A stretch of DNA of 64,000 nt. Source: Octopus vulgaris. Taxonomy: Eukaryota. Under the pieces are notes generated by a model that saw only the letters and a program-made list of their open reading frames with translations, ran no database searches and was not told the origin of the DNA. The stretch is taken from NCBI GenBank assembly GCA_951406725.2, contig OX597814.1, positions 21,204,001-21,268,000 on the forward strand. Direction: 5' to 3'. Positions 20,979 through 34,896 of this stretch are shown here, piece after piece; the first letter of the stretch is position 1, and each line of letters opens with the position of its first letter. Position numbers and translations under genes: made by a program.

Positions 20979-21306
20979 TATTAGAGACAAAACCACTATT
21001 TTGCAAAACAAACAAGGAAAGACTTAATCAATACATAAAATTTTAATAAATAGTCAAAAACCGCCACTACAATCGTTTCTTGTCTTGATCGACAATCTTC
21101 AGGTGGACTTCAATAAGTCAGTTTCAAATTATAAAGTCTTTATAATTTGAAACTGACTTATTGAAGTCCACCTGAAGATTGTCGATCAAGACAAGAAACG
21201 ATTGTAGTGGCGGTTTTTTTGACTATTTATTAAAATTTTATGTATTGATTAAGTCTTTCCTTGTTTGTTTTGCAAAATAGTGGTTTTGTCTCTAATAATA
21301 TTTTAT
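20970..21306. repeat. Near-perfect palindrome, ~167-bp arms, 1-nt centre at 21137
   Basis: By eye the arms differ only in the length of one A/T run (5 vs 7); the element lies between (TA)n tracts. Confidence 0.95.
21168..21210 (+). ncRNA. Type I minimal hammerhead ribozyme (mirror copy on the minus strand at 21064-21106)
   Basis: ccac CTGAAGA ttgtc-gatcaa-gacaa GAAAC gatt GTA gtgg: stem I, catalytic core, stem II and a short near-palindromic stem III. Confidence 0.8.
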
Positions 21307-21679
21307 AATATTTTACTATAAAATTGGATTTAATCCTAAATCTGATTTTTTTCCTGTAAATTTGGATTTATTCCCTAATATTTATTATTATATATATATA
21401 TATATATATATAAATGATTACAATGGTTTTAGAACATTCACTACCACTGCGAATTGAATTACTTAAGTAACACAATCCATCAATTTCTTTTAGAGGATTG
21501 TGATCGTCCAGTTATTTGAAAGAATCTATTTCGATGTGTTCTTAGGGTTTATTGCTTCCATTCATCTGCCACATATTCATCTCCCTTCTCAGTTAGCCTG
21601 CCTGTGATCTCACTACATCTGTTTTACATTGGGGACATCATATCTTATGCATCTCAAGCATGTCCATTTCACTGATGGT

Positions 21680-24260
21680 AGAAGAGGCAAAGTTGGCAGT
21701 ATATTCTCCACATCGTACAAATGATGTACCGCTCACGGCGACGCTGGAGAGAGTAGAGTTTCAAGGCTTTAAGGCGATCCCAATAATCGAGAGCAGCCAT
21801 GCCTTCAATTCGTTTAGTGAGTGCCCTCTGGGGTGATTCAATCCTCGAGATGTTTTGTCTTGTATGGGGAGACCACAGTGGGCAGCAGTATTCGTACAAA
21901 GGAGGAGAAAAGTGGTATGATGACACCTTGTTCTCTGGACCGGAAAGTTCTTAAGATCCAGGAACTCATCCTACGAGCTATATCGACCTTCTTGTTGATG
22001 TGTGCACTCCAACTGAGATCGTCATCAACAATTACACCCAGGTCTCTGATATTGTTAGAGGCTGTGAGCGGTTCCCCTGAAGGAAGAGAGTATGGCTGTT
22101 TTAGTGAGGAATTTCTTCCAAAATGCATCAGCTCAAATTTTCCCTCATTCAGTTGCATTTTGTTTCTGTCTGCCCATTCACTCACAGCATATAGATCAGA
22201 CTGGAGTTGAGTTCGGTCTGCTTCTTCATTGACGATTTACTGGAGCTTAGTGTCATCAGCAAATATTTTCACTTTGCAATAATGTACGACACTGGAAAGG
22301 TCGTTTATATAGATTATAAAGAGTAGCGGGCCCAAGACAGTCCCCTGGGGGACACCGCTGGTGACTTTTGCTGGGCTTGAGTGGACTCCATCAACTACAA
22401 CATGTTGTGTTCTATTCGCCAGGAAATACTTAATCCAGTGAAGAACTTTTTCACGGATTCCAACATTTGCCAATTTTGAGAGTAGGATATTATGGTCTAC
22501 CCTGTGGAACGCTTTATTGAAGTCAAGACATATGACATCAGAGTTCGAACCTGTTCCCAAGGCTTTGAGTATATCTTCAATGTGGTGTAAGAGCTGTGTT
22601 AGACAGTCTCTGCCACAGCGAAAGCCATGCTGATTTGCATTTAGGAGTTTGTGGGCCTCCAGGAAGTCAGCTATCCTTGATCTTAACACTCTTTCAAACA
22701 CTTTAATGATGTGGGAGGTGAGTAAGATTGGGCGATAGTTGACTGCGAGGGATCTGTTTCCCTGTTTGAAAACCGGGATGACTGACTGGGATAGAAACTG
22801 TTTCGGTATATAACCTGCGTCTAACGAATTTCTCCAGAGGTTGGTCAGAGGGACTGCAAGTTGGTGTCTACATTCATTCAGGAGACTAGTGGGGAATCTT
22901 TCAGGGCCTACAGCAGAGTAGTATTTGACCTCATTTATTGCTGCTACGATGTCAGTGGCAGTGAAGGTTATGTCTGAGATTTTATGTTGGGAATCAACTT
23001 CGTTCGCTTCTCTTACGTCAATATCAGTATCAGTGGGAACACTAAAGACAGAACAGTATTGTTTCTGCAGTATTTCTGCCATTTCTTTAGCATCGTGTTG
23101 GGGAATGCCGTTATCATCAATCAATGGCCCAATGGATGAGACAGTGGTTCTATGCTTATTTGCATAAGAATAGAACACTTTTGGGTTCCGTTTGATATTT
23201 TTGATTACCCACTGTTCCTCCACAGCTCTTTGATTTTCAATGGAGGTTTTCATGTCGGTCTGCAGATGAAGTTTTTCCAGCTCTAGCCTTTTCATTGTTG
23301 TTGAATGTGGATGTTGTATGTGGGAATATTTTAATTGGTTGATTCTTTTATTGAGTCTTTTGATGCGCCTGATGAGTGTTTTTTCTTTTTAGGGAGCCGG
23401 TTTCTGTTTGTGTTAGTAGATTTCGTGGGAGCGTATTTAGAGCATGTATAGGTGACAATGTTTTCAAAGTGCTGCCATGCGGCCTCAATATGGGTGGAAT
23501 TGAGAGTAAAAGACCAGTCGATGAAAGACAGATCCTTTCTGATTGCTCCCCAGTCCGCTTTGTGGAAGTTTATGTTGTCAAATGAATGCCATGGAGTATT
23601 CTGAGAGGAGGGTTTTTTCAACTGAAATACTGTGAACGAAGCTAGAGTGATTGGTCAATACCAGATCCAAGATCGTTTTATTCTGTCTCGTTGGTTCGAA
23701 TACTAGCTGAGTCAGGAAGAATTCATCCATTAGATTAAAGAGCAGTTCTGCTGCTGCTCTATCTGATGTAGAGCATTTGCCTAACTTCAGAGTATTTGTG
23801 GGCCAGTTCACATGAGGGAGGTTAAAATCACCCATCACTAGTATGTTTCCGGAGTTATACTTCCGAAAGAAGGACTTGACTTTGCTAAGGCACACTTCAA
23901 AGCACTTTAGAGGTGCTTGGGGAGGCCTGTAAAGACCAACAATGATTATGTCCTTGGCCTTGCTGAATAGTGATACAGATTCACAATAGCCATTGGAAAA
24001 TATGTCCTTGGCATCAAGTGAAAAGGAGTCATGGATAAAGATGGCTGTCCCTCCCTTATTTCGGTCTGTGCGATCCGCACGAACAATGGTGAAATCTTTT
24101 ATTTTCACCTCTGCGTCCATATGGGTGTTGTTCAGGTGAGTCTCAGTAAGGATAAAGAAAGGGAAGCAATGTGCCGTTTCGGCAAGCCAACTCTCTATAG
24201 ATGGGATCTTCCATTTTTGGGCAATAATTGATGGGTTGATGCCACGTACATTTAACAGAA
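21680..24260 (-). pseudogene. LINE ORF2 (endonuclease-reverse transcriptase), disrupted
   Basis: LLNVRGI, LTETHL, GLYRPP, GDFN, LDLVL (EN); NYRPI, QHGFR, LDFNKAF, GVPQGTVLGPLLF, FADD (RT); RDLGV and EYCCPLWSP (CR1-type C-terminus). Confidence 0.9.
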
Positions 24261-24317
24261 ATGTCGAGGTAAGGGAAGTTTGATGTTTGCATTGTTCTAA
24301 GTTATGTTTTATGTTGT

Positions 24318-25357
24318 TCAGTAGTAACAATGTGGGTAGTTCTTGTATGGAGCTGTGTGTGTATGATTTTCTTGTTGGTAGTGGGTGTGTGGTCCTTGTG
24401 ATTTGCATAGATGGTTGCTGATAGCTCGTTGGATCTCCTTGCTTAGGTCGGCCTTCATATTTTCTAGGTAAGTCAATAAAAAAGAGTTGCCTCTTTGGTT
24501 TGCCACTTGGTCAGAGGATACATATTTCATGTTTATGTTATTTGGTGTTATGGTTTTTTCATGGTTCTGTTTTTGTTGTTTGATTGTAGGAGGGAAAACG
24601 TGGTTGTATTTTGTTTTTGTTGTTGTCGTAGATCTCCTCTGTTGCTGTTTATATTTATTTTGCGATCGTTTTGTGCCCTTCAGATGGTAATGGTTGCATT
24701 CTGGGTTCAGGCACATCCTTAGTGACACAGAAGTTTGGCACAGTTTAGGATGGAAGAAGGTGCATCCATTGCCTTTTGTGCATCCATATTTGGGATCAGG
24801 ACCATGGACTCTGTATTTAGGACAGTATTTGGGGTGGAGGTGAGGGCAGTTTTTTCCCGTTATACCAAATGGACCGGTGCCCATAACAAGTCTACGACAT
24901 AAGGTAGGATGGAAAAAAGCACAGCGTCCCTTGTTGTTGGTGCCACTGGGGCCAAATCTACAGTTGCCTTGAGAATAGTAACGGCGAGGTGTTTGACGTG
25001 GGTGTAGTAGTGGTTTTTCTATTCTGGCAGGCCCGTTGGTCAGTGGTCCTATTTAGTAGCAATAGCAGAGTGTTGTTTTTGTTGTTGTTGCTGTAGCAGC
25101 AGTGAAACTTGACTTGCAACAGTAGGGCTGGGTGGAATCGTGTAAGATACTGGTGCTAAACAAGGTGCTTCCAATGTAGTAGCAGAAGCAGGCTGTTGTT
25201 GTGATAGTGAGTCCTGGCTTGCCAAGGTAGTGTTGGGTGGAATTAGGTCAGATGTTTGTTGCTGGCTATCGGGTCGTTGAAGTGACCCCTGACCTGTTGG
25301 AGTTGGGTCATTTGGTGCACTACATTCATTGACAAGGATGGCTTCTAGTGTTGCCAT
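24318..25357 (-). pseudogene. LINE ORF1 with Q/P/S-rich region and tandem CCCH zinc fingers
   Basis: CPKYRVHGPDPKYGCTKGNGCTFFH and CQTSVSLRMCLNPECNHYH, plus two upstream degenerate fingers; frameshift near 25050. Confidence 0.7.
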
Positions 25358-26024
25358 GTGCGTGTGGAAAATAGGAAATGTTCTTACAATCTCTTTTATT
25401 TTATTTTCGATCTGTTTTACAGATCTGTGAAAGGATTGTTTTGCTAATGTTTCAGCTATTTTACTTTAAGCATTAGCTTCATTATGGTGAGTGTACCAAG
25501 CGTTTATCAGTGCAGTGATTTCATTATCAACCCAGTGGCCTTTTTGAATATCATTGGCCATATTCAGTGGGGCAGTATTATACACTGTACGTCAGTTATT
25601 GATGGCTTGATGTATAATAGTGAATACACCGTTGAAAAGTTTGTGTCAATATATTCGGAAATGCGTGGCTATATCTGAGTGTGTGTGGGAGAGTTCAGTG
25701 TATTTAGTACAAATCAGGATGAGCGGTGTGTTTAATACAGATCAAGAGAAAAGAATTGTACTCACGGGACTAGTTTTAGAACTAGTCTTGGGTTTAGTTT
25801 TGGTTTATCTTTCTTTCTCCAGGTTGTATATAGATTTGTATAAATTTTTCCTCCGATGGTAGTAAAAGAGTAGAAAAGTAGAATTGTAGAATTCAAAAGT
25901 TCTGGGACTCAAAATAAGGAGAGTTTCTGCTGGCTTGAGTTGAAATATGCTTCTTTGGCTAATGACTTGACCGGAGCTATGAAAAGTACGTCTTGTCACG
26001 ACGAATGCCCAGCTTATCCATCAT

Positions 26025-26333
26025 TAAGCAACATGATATCAAGAGATGATGCAGTACGACCGTTTCAAGCGGCTCCATTTAATTGAACAATGCAATCATT
26101 ACATCAATTTAAATGCATTTTTAATCAGCCGGGCACATTAATATTTAAATATTTAAATTGATACAATGATTACATTGTTCAATTAAATGGGGCCACTTGA
26201 AACGATCGTACTGTATCACCTCTCGATATCCTGTAGCTTATTTTGATTTTATTCATCTTACATTGAGTTGTACGGATAATACCGCACTGATTTGATGCTT
26301 AAACTTAAGTAACTAATTCAAATGAATCTCAAT
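26025..26333 (+). mobile_element. Penelope-type terminal-repeat family copy with inverted arms and a hammerhead 3' half
   Basis: Inverted arms 26025-26114 and 26151-26240; GAAACGATCGTA at 26199-26210; homologous to 57483-57627 and 62045-62245. Confidence 0.65.
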
Positions 26334-26362
26334 AATATATATATATATATATATATATCCAT

Positions 26363-26393
<31 letters not shown>

Positions 26394-26835
26394 AATATAT
26401 ATACAGGCATAAAGCTGAAAATTTCAGACCTAGAGTTTAGTAGTGAGTTAGGGATAGAATCTTAGATCTGAGAAGGATCTGTGCTCTTTCAGCTAAATAT
26501 AGTTTACAGCGGTTGTAAACATATGTCTAAGTACATTTGGAAGAATTGGGAAATTCCGCCTATACGTGATTAACTTGTTGATATCTTTCCAGCCTTATAG
26601 TTTAAGGACTAAGGGAGATAGCTCTTTTACCTCTTTTTTACTTTTTACTTTTTCGTTTTCCGTTTTTTAACCTTGCATGTTTTCCATATGCTTCCTCCTC
26701 AACTTTTCGTGTATCTGCACTCATTTAAATTTTAGTTCATTCTGACATGTGATTTGTGCCTGATGAATCTGTTTCAAGTATTTCATCACATATAAAACTA
26801 TTAGTAGCACATACAAACATGTATTGTGTCTATTA

Positions 26836-26886
<51 letters not shown>

Positions 26887-26916
26887 ATGTATGTATGTAT
26901 GTATGTATGTGTATAT

Positions 26917-27168
26917 ATATATAAATTAGAAAAAAACACCTTTTATCAATTCAACAATGAAAAATTAAATTATACTATTTAGAAAAATTATATATTTATA
27001 AAAAGATTAAATACAAGATAAAACATATAACAATGATTAAGTAATGTGCAGAATAATAAATAAAACGTACGTTTTATCTTATATTTAATCTTTCTATAAT
27101 ATGTAATTTTTCTAAATGGTATAATTTAATGTTTCATTATTGAATTGATTTTTTTCTAATTTATATAT
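26917..27168. repeat. AT-rich imperfect inverted repeat (~100-bp arms) between (TA)n tracts
   Basis: aattagaaaaaaa..tcaattcaacaatgaaa..agattaaatacaagataaaac pairs with gttttatcttatatttaatct..tttcattattgaattga..tttttctaatt. Confidence 0.75.
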
Positions 27169-27256
27169 ATATATATATAATATATTTTGTGAAATTTGAT
27201 TGAGTATTTCTAAACTGAATTTTTCCCTGTAAGTTTGGAATAATATTCCCTCATAT

Positions 27257-27640
<384 letters not shown>

Positions 27641-28564
27641 AATTTTACTATATAAGTCGTCGGCAAGGCTTATATGATAAAATTACTTAAAAATGTTCTG
27701 TGAGCTTGCTGTGGGAGGGTGGAAAATCGAAAGTTTCGGAGAGAGACATTCTTCAAGGAAAAGTTGAAAGGAGAGAAATTAACGGGAGGCAGTAGAATAT
27801 GTATATACGGGCGTACCTATGTATGTACGTTTGCGTTTGTGTACATGCATAAATATGTATGGATATTCCTTTTTATCAAAAACATATACCAAACACCACA
27901 CATTGTTTACAAAACACAATGTCACTGCCAAACACGTTATCTTCTAGACAGCGTGTTTACTCTAATTTTAATTACAACTAAACATATTGCGCCAAAGAAA
28001 GAGTCTTTATGTGGTCTCTCGATGTACAACAAATAGCAATCAAATTTTCTTCCTGTACTAGAAGGTAAATGACTGTGAAAATAGGGTCAAAGATGTACAC
28101 TGTATTAAAACAAAGAAGGTGGGACGGACATGACACTAATGCATTCTACCATAGATCCAATTGATCAAGACTGACGCAGAGTTAAACAATAACATGAATA
28201 AAGCACGAAATTTGTTGAAATCTACAGAAACGTTTTCCCCTTCTAATATGTAAGAAGATTAACTAAGTTAAATTTTATGTTGAGAACGTGATAAGACTTC
28301 GATTCTAATTTCTTTTCATTTATGCAACTATTCTCTTCTCCGTCTTAAACAGTTCAACATAGTAATTTCCCTTTCCTGAGGCCTTATGTTTAATTAAATT
28401 GAATCAATATTTGCTGTGAATAATTGAGAATTCTAATTTTTATGAATTTTCGCTTTAAGTATATAAATGAAAACAAACCGAATTAATTAATTTTCATATG
28501 ATAAATGTATTCAAGATAATTGGAAAAAAAGATACTTGTGTAACAAAAATTGACTATATATACA

Positions 28565-28862
28565 ATCATGAGGTTGTGAGCTCGAATCCCGGACCGGGCT
28601 GCGTGTTGTGTTCTTGAGCAAGACACTTTATTTCACGTTGCTTCAGTTCACTCAGCTGTAGAAATGAGTTGCGACGTCACAGGTGCCAAGCTGTATCGGC
28701 CCTTGCCTTTTCCTTGAATAACATCGGTGACGTGGAGAGGGGAGACCGGTATGCATGGGCGACTGCTGGTCTTCCATAAAAAAAAACAACCTTGCCCAGA
28801 CTTGTGCCTCAGAGAGTAACTCTCTAGGTGCAAACCCATGGTCGGTGTCTGACCGAAGGGGT
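28565..28862 (+). mobile_element. SINE (family C-related), head truncated
   Basis: B-box-like gagctcgaatccc followed by gtgttgtgttcttgagcaagacactttatttcacgttgc, as in 5826-6146. Confidence 0.7.
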
Positions 28863-28945
28863 AAAAAAATATATACATATATATAAATATATATATTAAA
28901 CTAGATAGATAAGCAGACGTTTGAAGGATGTATATATATATATAT

Positions 28946-29011
<66 letters not shown>

Positions 29012-30299
29012 AATGCAGGGAAATTTAGCTAGAAAGCTTAACACAGAAGAAAATAGAAAACATAGTTAATGTATAATAAGAATAACAATAATTGGCTTCA
29101 TCAAATTTTTTTAATATCATAACTCATGATCCATACAGTTTCATTTGAAACGTTATATCATATACAACCAGCCATTAATCCATTAATTATTAAAGTTTAA
29201 TTTCTGCTCCAGCTGTCTTTTGAAGGATTAGTGAGTTAATCAGAGGTTAAATCCTATATAAATGCTGTTGGGAAAATAATTCGAAACTGTGGCCGGTTGA
29301 TACTAAATATTGAGGTGGCGCCTATTGTTGTTGTTGCTTTTTTTTTTTTCCAAGTTCGGTTTCATAAAACAATCATCAATCTCATTAATATGCATAATTC
29401 TATATGACGTTGATTTACAGTAAATGTCTCCTTCAGAAAGCAGTATATACAAGAAAATATTTCCGTTATATAAAATCTTAAGAGACTGAGCCATCGAGAT
29501 TCATGTGCTTTGGTCACTGGTTCAGAGCTGTACCAAAGATAGGCTACTAATCGTTGAACAACTCAGTTGGTATTTAGACTCCGTACCGACTCAACTAGTT
29601 GCAACACTGTTTATAAAATACCCTGACAGAGTTGAAAGAAACTTTTTCAAGTGTGACAACCTCAAAAAATGAAAAAATAAGAAATCAGATAAAGCAATTA
29701 AAAGGTTAACAGAAAACCAGTCAGAGAGAGTGGAGCTGGTGGTGAAAATATATAGATATATTTATCAAAACAGTTTGCAATTATTTAGAAGTATTGAAGA
29801 CAAACACCCCGAAATGAAAATTGTAAATAGATTTCCAAGTGAGTGATAAGTCAAGCCAATATAAACACACGTCTATGATTGATGTTTTCGGGGTTATATA
29901 AAGTAAATTACCCCAAACAACCTCCCAGTCATGATCTCTGCGGATGAAGTATAATCAGATAGAATAATTCTATCGTCTGTTATTTATACTGAGTAACAAA
30001 TGTCAAATACATTATAGCTTTAATAATAATTTCTTGTCTTGATCGGGTTAGCTACATAGGTGTAGCTACGTGCGATATAATTATTGCCAACTAACAAAGC
30101 CACCCGATGATTTGAAGTTGAATAGTTAATTAAACCCCATTAATGAGTTGCGTGGTGACGGAATTGATCAAAGAAACAACTCGAATTGGCAAGAACAGAT
30201 ATTTCTAAAGTTATTTACTTGGAAATTTTTATTTTAGATTCGCACACTTAATTTATCCAAAAAGCAAGGAATTTCTTAAAAATGTCAAAAATAATAACA

Positions 30300-32000
30300 G
30301 AAATTAATTGAACTATTTTTGTGGTTCTGTTATAAGCAAGTAATTGTAATTTTTGTTGTTGGTACTGTTAATATGATATTCAAATGCGAAGTACAGTTCT
30401 CATGACCTTTGTATTCCCGCCTCTGATTAGAAGGATCAATGCGGTTGATATTCAGGTTTTTTTTCTATCTGTAGGTCGATGTATGTAAGAACAAGTAGGA
30501 AACTATAAAATGTTGCAGGAAATAATAAAAAGTTGCAGAGAAGTAATTGGGTGAAGTATTTAGTGCAGAATCTGGGAATGCAACACAGTCAGGGTCACGT
30601 AATGATAAGAATTAGTCGGATAGCCCTGATTGGAGGAGTAATGCAATTAGATAGTTTAGAGAAGTAGCATCGGGTTATACGAGAGGTGTAACAGTTAGTG
30701 AGATGAAACAACACACCATCTGTAAAATCTGATTATTGTTTCTGAATGAATCAGATGTATTTAGTTAAAATGGCTTTCATTTGAATGGTGGATAGGATCT
30801 TAGTGTGTATATAAGTGGTAATCCGATGTTGTTTTTACTTAACCTTTGTAGAATTCAGTTAGCTGACAATGTCTAAATATTTCTTGACTCAAAAGAGGAA
30901 CCATTGTCAAATTAGGTGTGTGTACTGAAGGAAATCTGTCGAGTTTCACATCAGATGATAGGAGTTCACTAAAGTTGATAGAGTCTAGATGGACACATGC
31001 TGTGATTATGCAGTTTATAAGAAATTCGTTCCAAGAGGTGAGCGATGGAAAGTCCTCGTCAAGTTGCCTAGTTACAAGCAACTTTTCTCCAAGATTGAGG
31101 TTTATTACTGAAGACAAAGGGATTAAGGAATTTGGCTAAGGTAGAAATTTGCATTGACGTATAAACGCTGGGTATGTTAATTAGGAGCGATTACAACAGC
31201 TTTCATATAAGGTTACTGTTTGTAGGTTAAAATGAAAATGGACGTATTGAAGATTAGTAAATTGTGAAGGGATTTGGGAGGAGTTAGAAAAGTGAAACGT
31301 GATTGCTGATGACAGAACTTGATTAAGAAATGATGAGGATGAGGGTTTGTCAATGCTGGTAGAACACATTGCAGCCATTTTTAGGTGGGCTGACCGTGAG
31401 ATGCACGAAAGTTTTTTTCTTTGCATTTGTATAGGCTTTGATAGATAAAAGTGTCCAAGATGATGCTGACAAAGTGGTAGTGTTATAGAAGGCTTGTGGG
31501 ATTTAGTTGTGATTGTGTGAGTGATCTAATTGAACTAGGAAGATTGATTTTGTCCACCTCTTAGATTCTCAGATATATAGAACACATTTTCGGCCATAGC
31601 TATTCAGCATAAAGCTAATGGGGATTCAGTCTGTGAGGTAAATTGATGTAGAACAGAGATAGAAGTTAGGGTCGTATGCAGTAGGATAATATCAAGTGCC
31701 TTGCCTCAAAGATGAGATCATTTGAAACTACAGAGACATCGATGATTGAGTTTAGAATTAAACAGTTCTCAAGGATATTTAGAATGATTACAGAAACAAG
31801 AAGAGCAGTTATGTACTCTAAAACCACTGAAAATGAGTACTTCAGAATGAAGTCATGTGAGATTGATGCTTTAATGCGAGTCGTAAACTAACCCCGCAAA
31901 AATCTAAGTGTTGGTAATCGAAAGAATTTGTAAGAAAAAGAAATACCAGATGATCTTAGAGGAATAGTGGATGGAAATTTTGAGGTAAAGTAGCTGGAAT
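30300..32000 (-). pseudogene. Possible heavily decayed Penelope-like RT remnant
   Basis: Minus-strand fragments resemble, in order, SFDVxSLF, FxF..SPxxANL, RYVD and SVHxKxT; many stops. By-eye recognition only. Confidence 0.4.
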
Positions 32001-32723
32001 GAAATCAAGATAATATACATGAGTGATGAAATGAATGGATTCTCCTTACACCGATGGTACCAAATTTCAGAACAAAGCCAGAATCTAGAGGGTAGCCGGG
32101 ACAGTGAGTGAGAAAAACGTGTCTTAGAGAGGAATGTGTATTTTTGTGTCATGTTTATTCTATTAATTTTTCATGTCTAATTTTAATTGTTTTTTTTATT
32201 GTTTGGTCACTGGGTCTTCGTGAAAACTGGCAAGTTCATAAATTCAACGTAGTATAGAAATTTGAAAATTAAGAAACATTTTCTCAATGAAAATTATCTG
32301 TGTAGTAGTAGTCTTTCATAGTATTGCATTTTCAGTTTTCATTCTATTTAAACGCTCAAGTTGTGGTCCTTAAAAATACCGCAGTCAAAATACAGGAATA
32401 ATTTTTTTTATTTGTCGCTTGAACTATTTTTAATAAATGATTTAAATTACATGCAATCAGATACAATCTTCAGAAGTTCTGGAAAAGTGTTGCGTTTCTT
32501 TGACTTTGTCCTGGGTTTTGGCCGCCCTGTATGATAACCAAATTAGATGTCCTCTTCCTTAATCGTAACATACCTTCAACAAGAACAACAATACATATAT
32601 ATACAGTGGTCACCTTGTGCGATCTGCATACCCCGTTTACCCAGTTGCCAAGTGTGGAGGGAGGTGGTTCAAACAAAAAGATACAAAGACACACACACAT
32701 GCATGCATGCATGCATGCATACA

Positions 32724-32809
<86 letters not shown>

Positions 32810-34896
32810 GAGTTTCTTTCAGTTTCCGTCTACTAAATCCATATTTTATCTGAGATTATTCTGTCTTTTTGTTTATCGAGGTGTACATTATCTACTGTGT
32901 CTATTTTTAAAGACAGTAGTATGCTTCCTTTAAAAATATTGGCTACTATGTTTAGCAGGTCGAATGACAAGTTTGAGGTTCCTATGTTGGTTTTGCTGGT
33001 TATTTATTGTTGTTACAGTCATAAGTACTTCTCTGTATGTTCACTAGATTGTTGATGCGGTCGGTCAATATTATTTAAGAAACAAATTTTTCTAGCAATT
33101 GTTCAGATTGGTGTTGGCTTACAATAGTTAACCTGTTTGTGTTTGCTTTCTTGGCAATAGATTTCTATATCTATTAGTAGTGGATTCCTATTCCTCTAAT
33201 TTCTTATTCAAGAGATAAAGCAGACCAGCGATTTAAATTAAATCTTACATCATTGAGCAAACTATTAAAATGTAACATTTTTAAATGACATTTTCCAACA
33301 GACACCTATGTATGTTCTAAAATAGCTAAAGCGTAATTAATTATACCCAGTTCCGGAGAATTTCGTGCTTCTGTTGTCGTCATTGCGAAAATCATTAGCA
33401 AACATCCTTGCTACTAGCTTAACAATAATTAGTTTACCTGGACAGTAGAACGTGCGAAATTCGTAATGAAAGCATTACAGATAATGGCTTAAATTACCTG
33501 CAGTTGGCTACACAATTTATGTAGGAACCTTTATTACTAAACCACGGGTATTAATAATGTTTTTATTCACTAGACCATCGATGTACAAATAATTATTGTT
33601 GCAATATAATGTTATTTAACATTACCTGTTAATAATGGCGGCCACAATGAACTAATATCAGCGCTAAGCTTACTCACTGAGCTAACAACAACCGTCATGT
33701 GCACTGCTTCTTTGATTTCATTCTGGTCTTCTATCAAATATGGACTTTTCATTCCATAGCAATATATGCTTTTCTGTTTCGTATCATCTGTTCAGCATTC
33801 ATGATAGCAGTTCGATTTAGCATTAAAGTCTTTGTTTATTCTGAACCGCCTAAAGTCGTTTTATTCTTTTATTATTTTTCCTGATTTCTGTCATTGGCTG
33901 CGGTCATGCTGTGGCACCACATTCTACGCTTTAGTCGATTCCAGTCTGTTACTTATTTTATCAGAACAATATTTATTAAATCGGTAAGTTATGCTTTTTG
34001 ACACAAAGTACACGAGAGTAGCAAGCAGACACTCACACATACACCCACACGCACATACACACACACATACGCATACACATACACACACACATACAAACTA
34101 GCAAACAAACATACACACAGGCTCACTAACATACACGTATACACATATATACACATAAGGTGGAGTCGGCAGAGTCACAGATAGTTTGCTTTGCAGCAAT
34201 TGTTTCCGACTCTCTACAGCCTGAGTTCAAATCCCAGCGAGGTCAATTTGCTGTTCATTCTTTCGGGGTCAATAGATAAAATACCAGTTCTATACTCGAA
34301 TCAATTCTTCTAAATCACTCACTCTTTCTTTCTGGCCGCCTATCTTTCTTTCTCCTAGAAACTGATTGTAGTGGGACCTGAGACGAATATACTCCCTCAG
34401 TTCTAAAAACGCCGAAAACATGCCGTATAATGTATTGTTACCCCCATGTTTCTATCAAGGTACGCGCGCTCGCAAATGCAATGGCTTACTGTACAGTTCC
34501 AATGTAACTGTTTCATTTCACGTATGAAGGCTAACAAGAAGCTATAGCACGAGTTATTGTTTAAAGTGGGATCTAATGCGGAAACAGGTAGTTGTAAAGG
34601 CAACATTTGTACCATAAAGCTATGTCCGCGTCTTTAAAATAACTTACATATATGCATGCAAAATACAACTTGTACGCTTTTTGCATCTCTTTGTTTCTGT
34701 TTTGCTTTGGTAGTGCTTTTGTAACGGGTAATTTTCAGACAGTTTTGCATAATCGCTGAACTTTTTCAGATAGAGTAGAATCTCAGTGGGTTTTGTTAAA
34801 ACCGTTACATTCTGCTTCTGAATAACAGTGGATTATATAGAAAGGTTCGATTTCAGGAATGTGTTTTAGGTTATTCATTTCTTGTTTATAAGCTAA

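Larger units (their letters stand above)
21680..26010 (-). mobile_element. Decayed CR1/L2-like LINE (APE endonuclease plus RT)
   Basis: Co-linear ORF1 and ORF2 fragments with stops and frameshifts; ends approximate; no TSD recognised. Confidence 0.85.

Noticed and set aside
33430-33760. Cluster of minus-strand CAG|GTAA donors with short open frames
   Set aside because: No consistent exon phases or recognisable protein.
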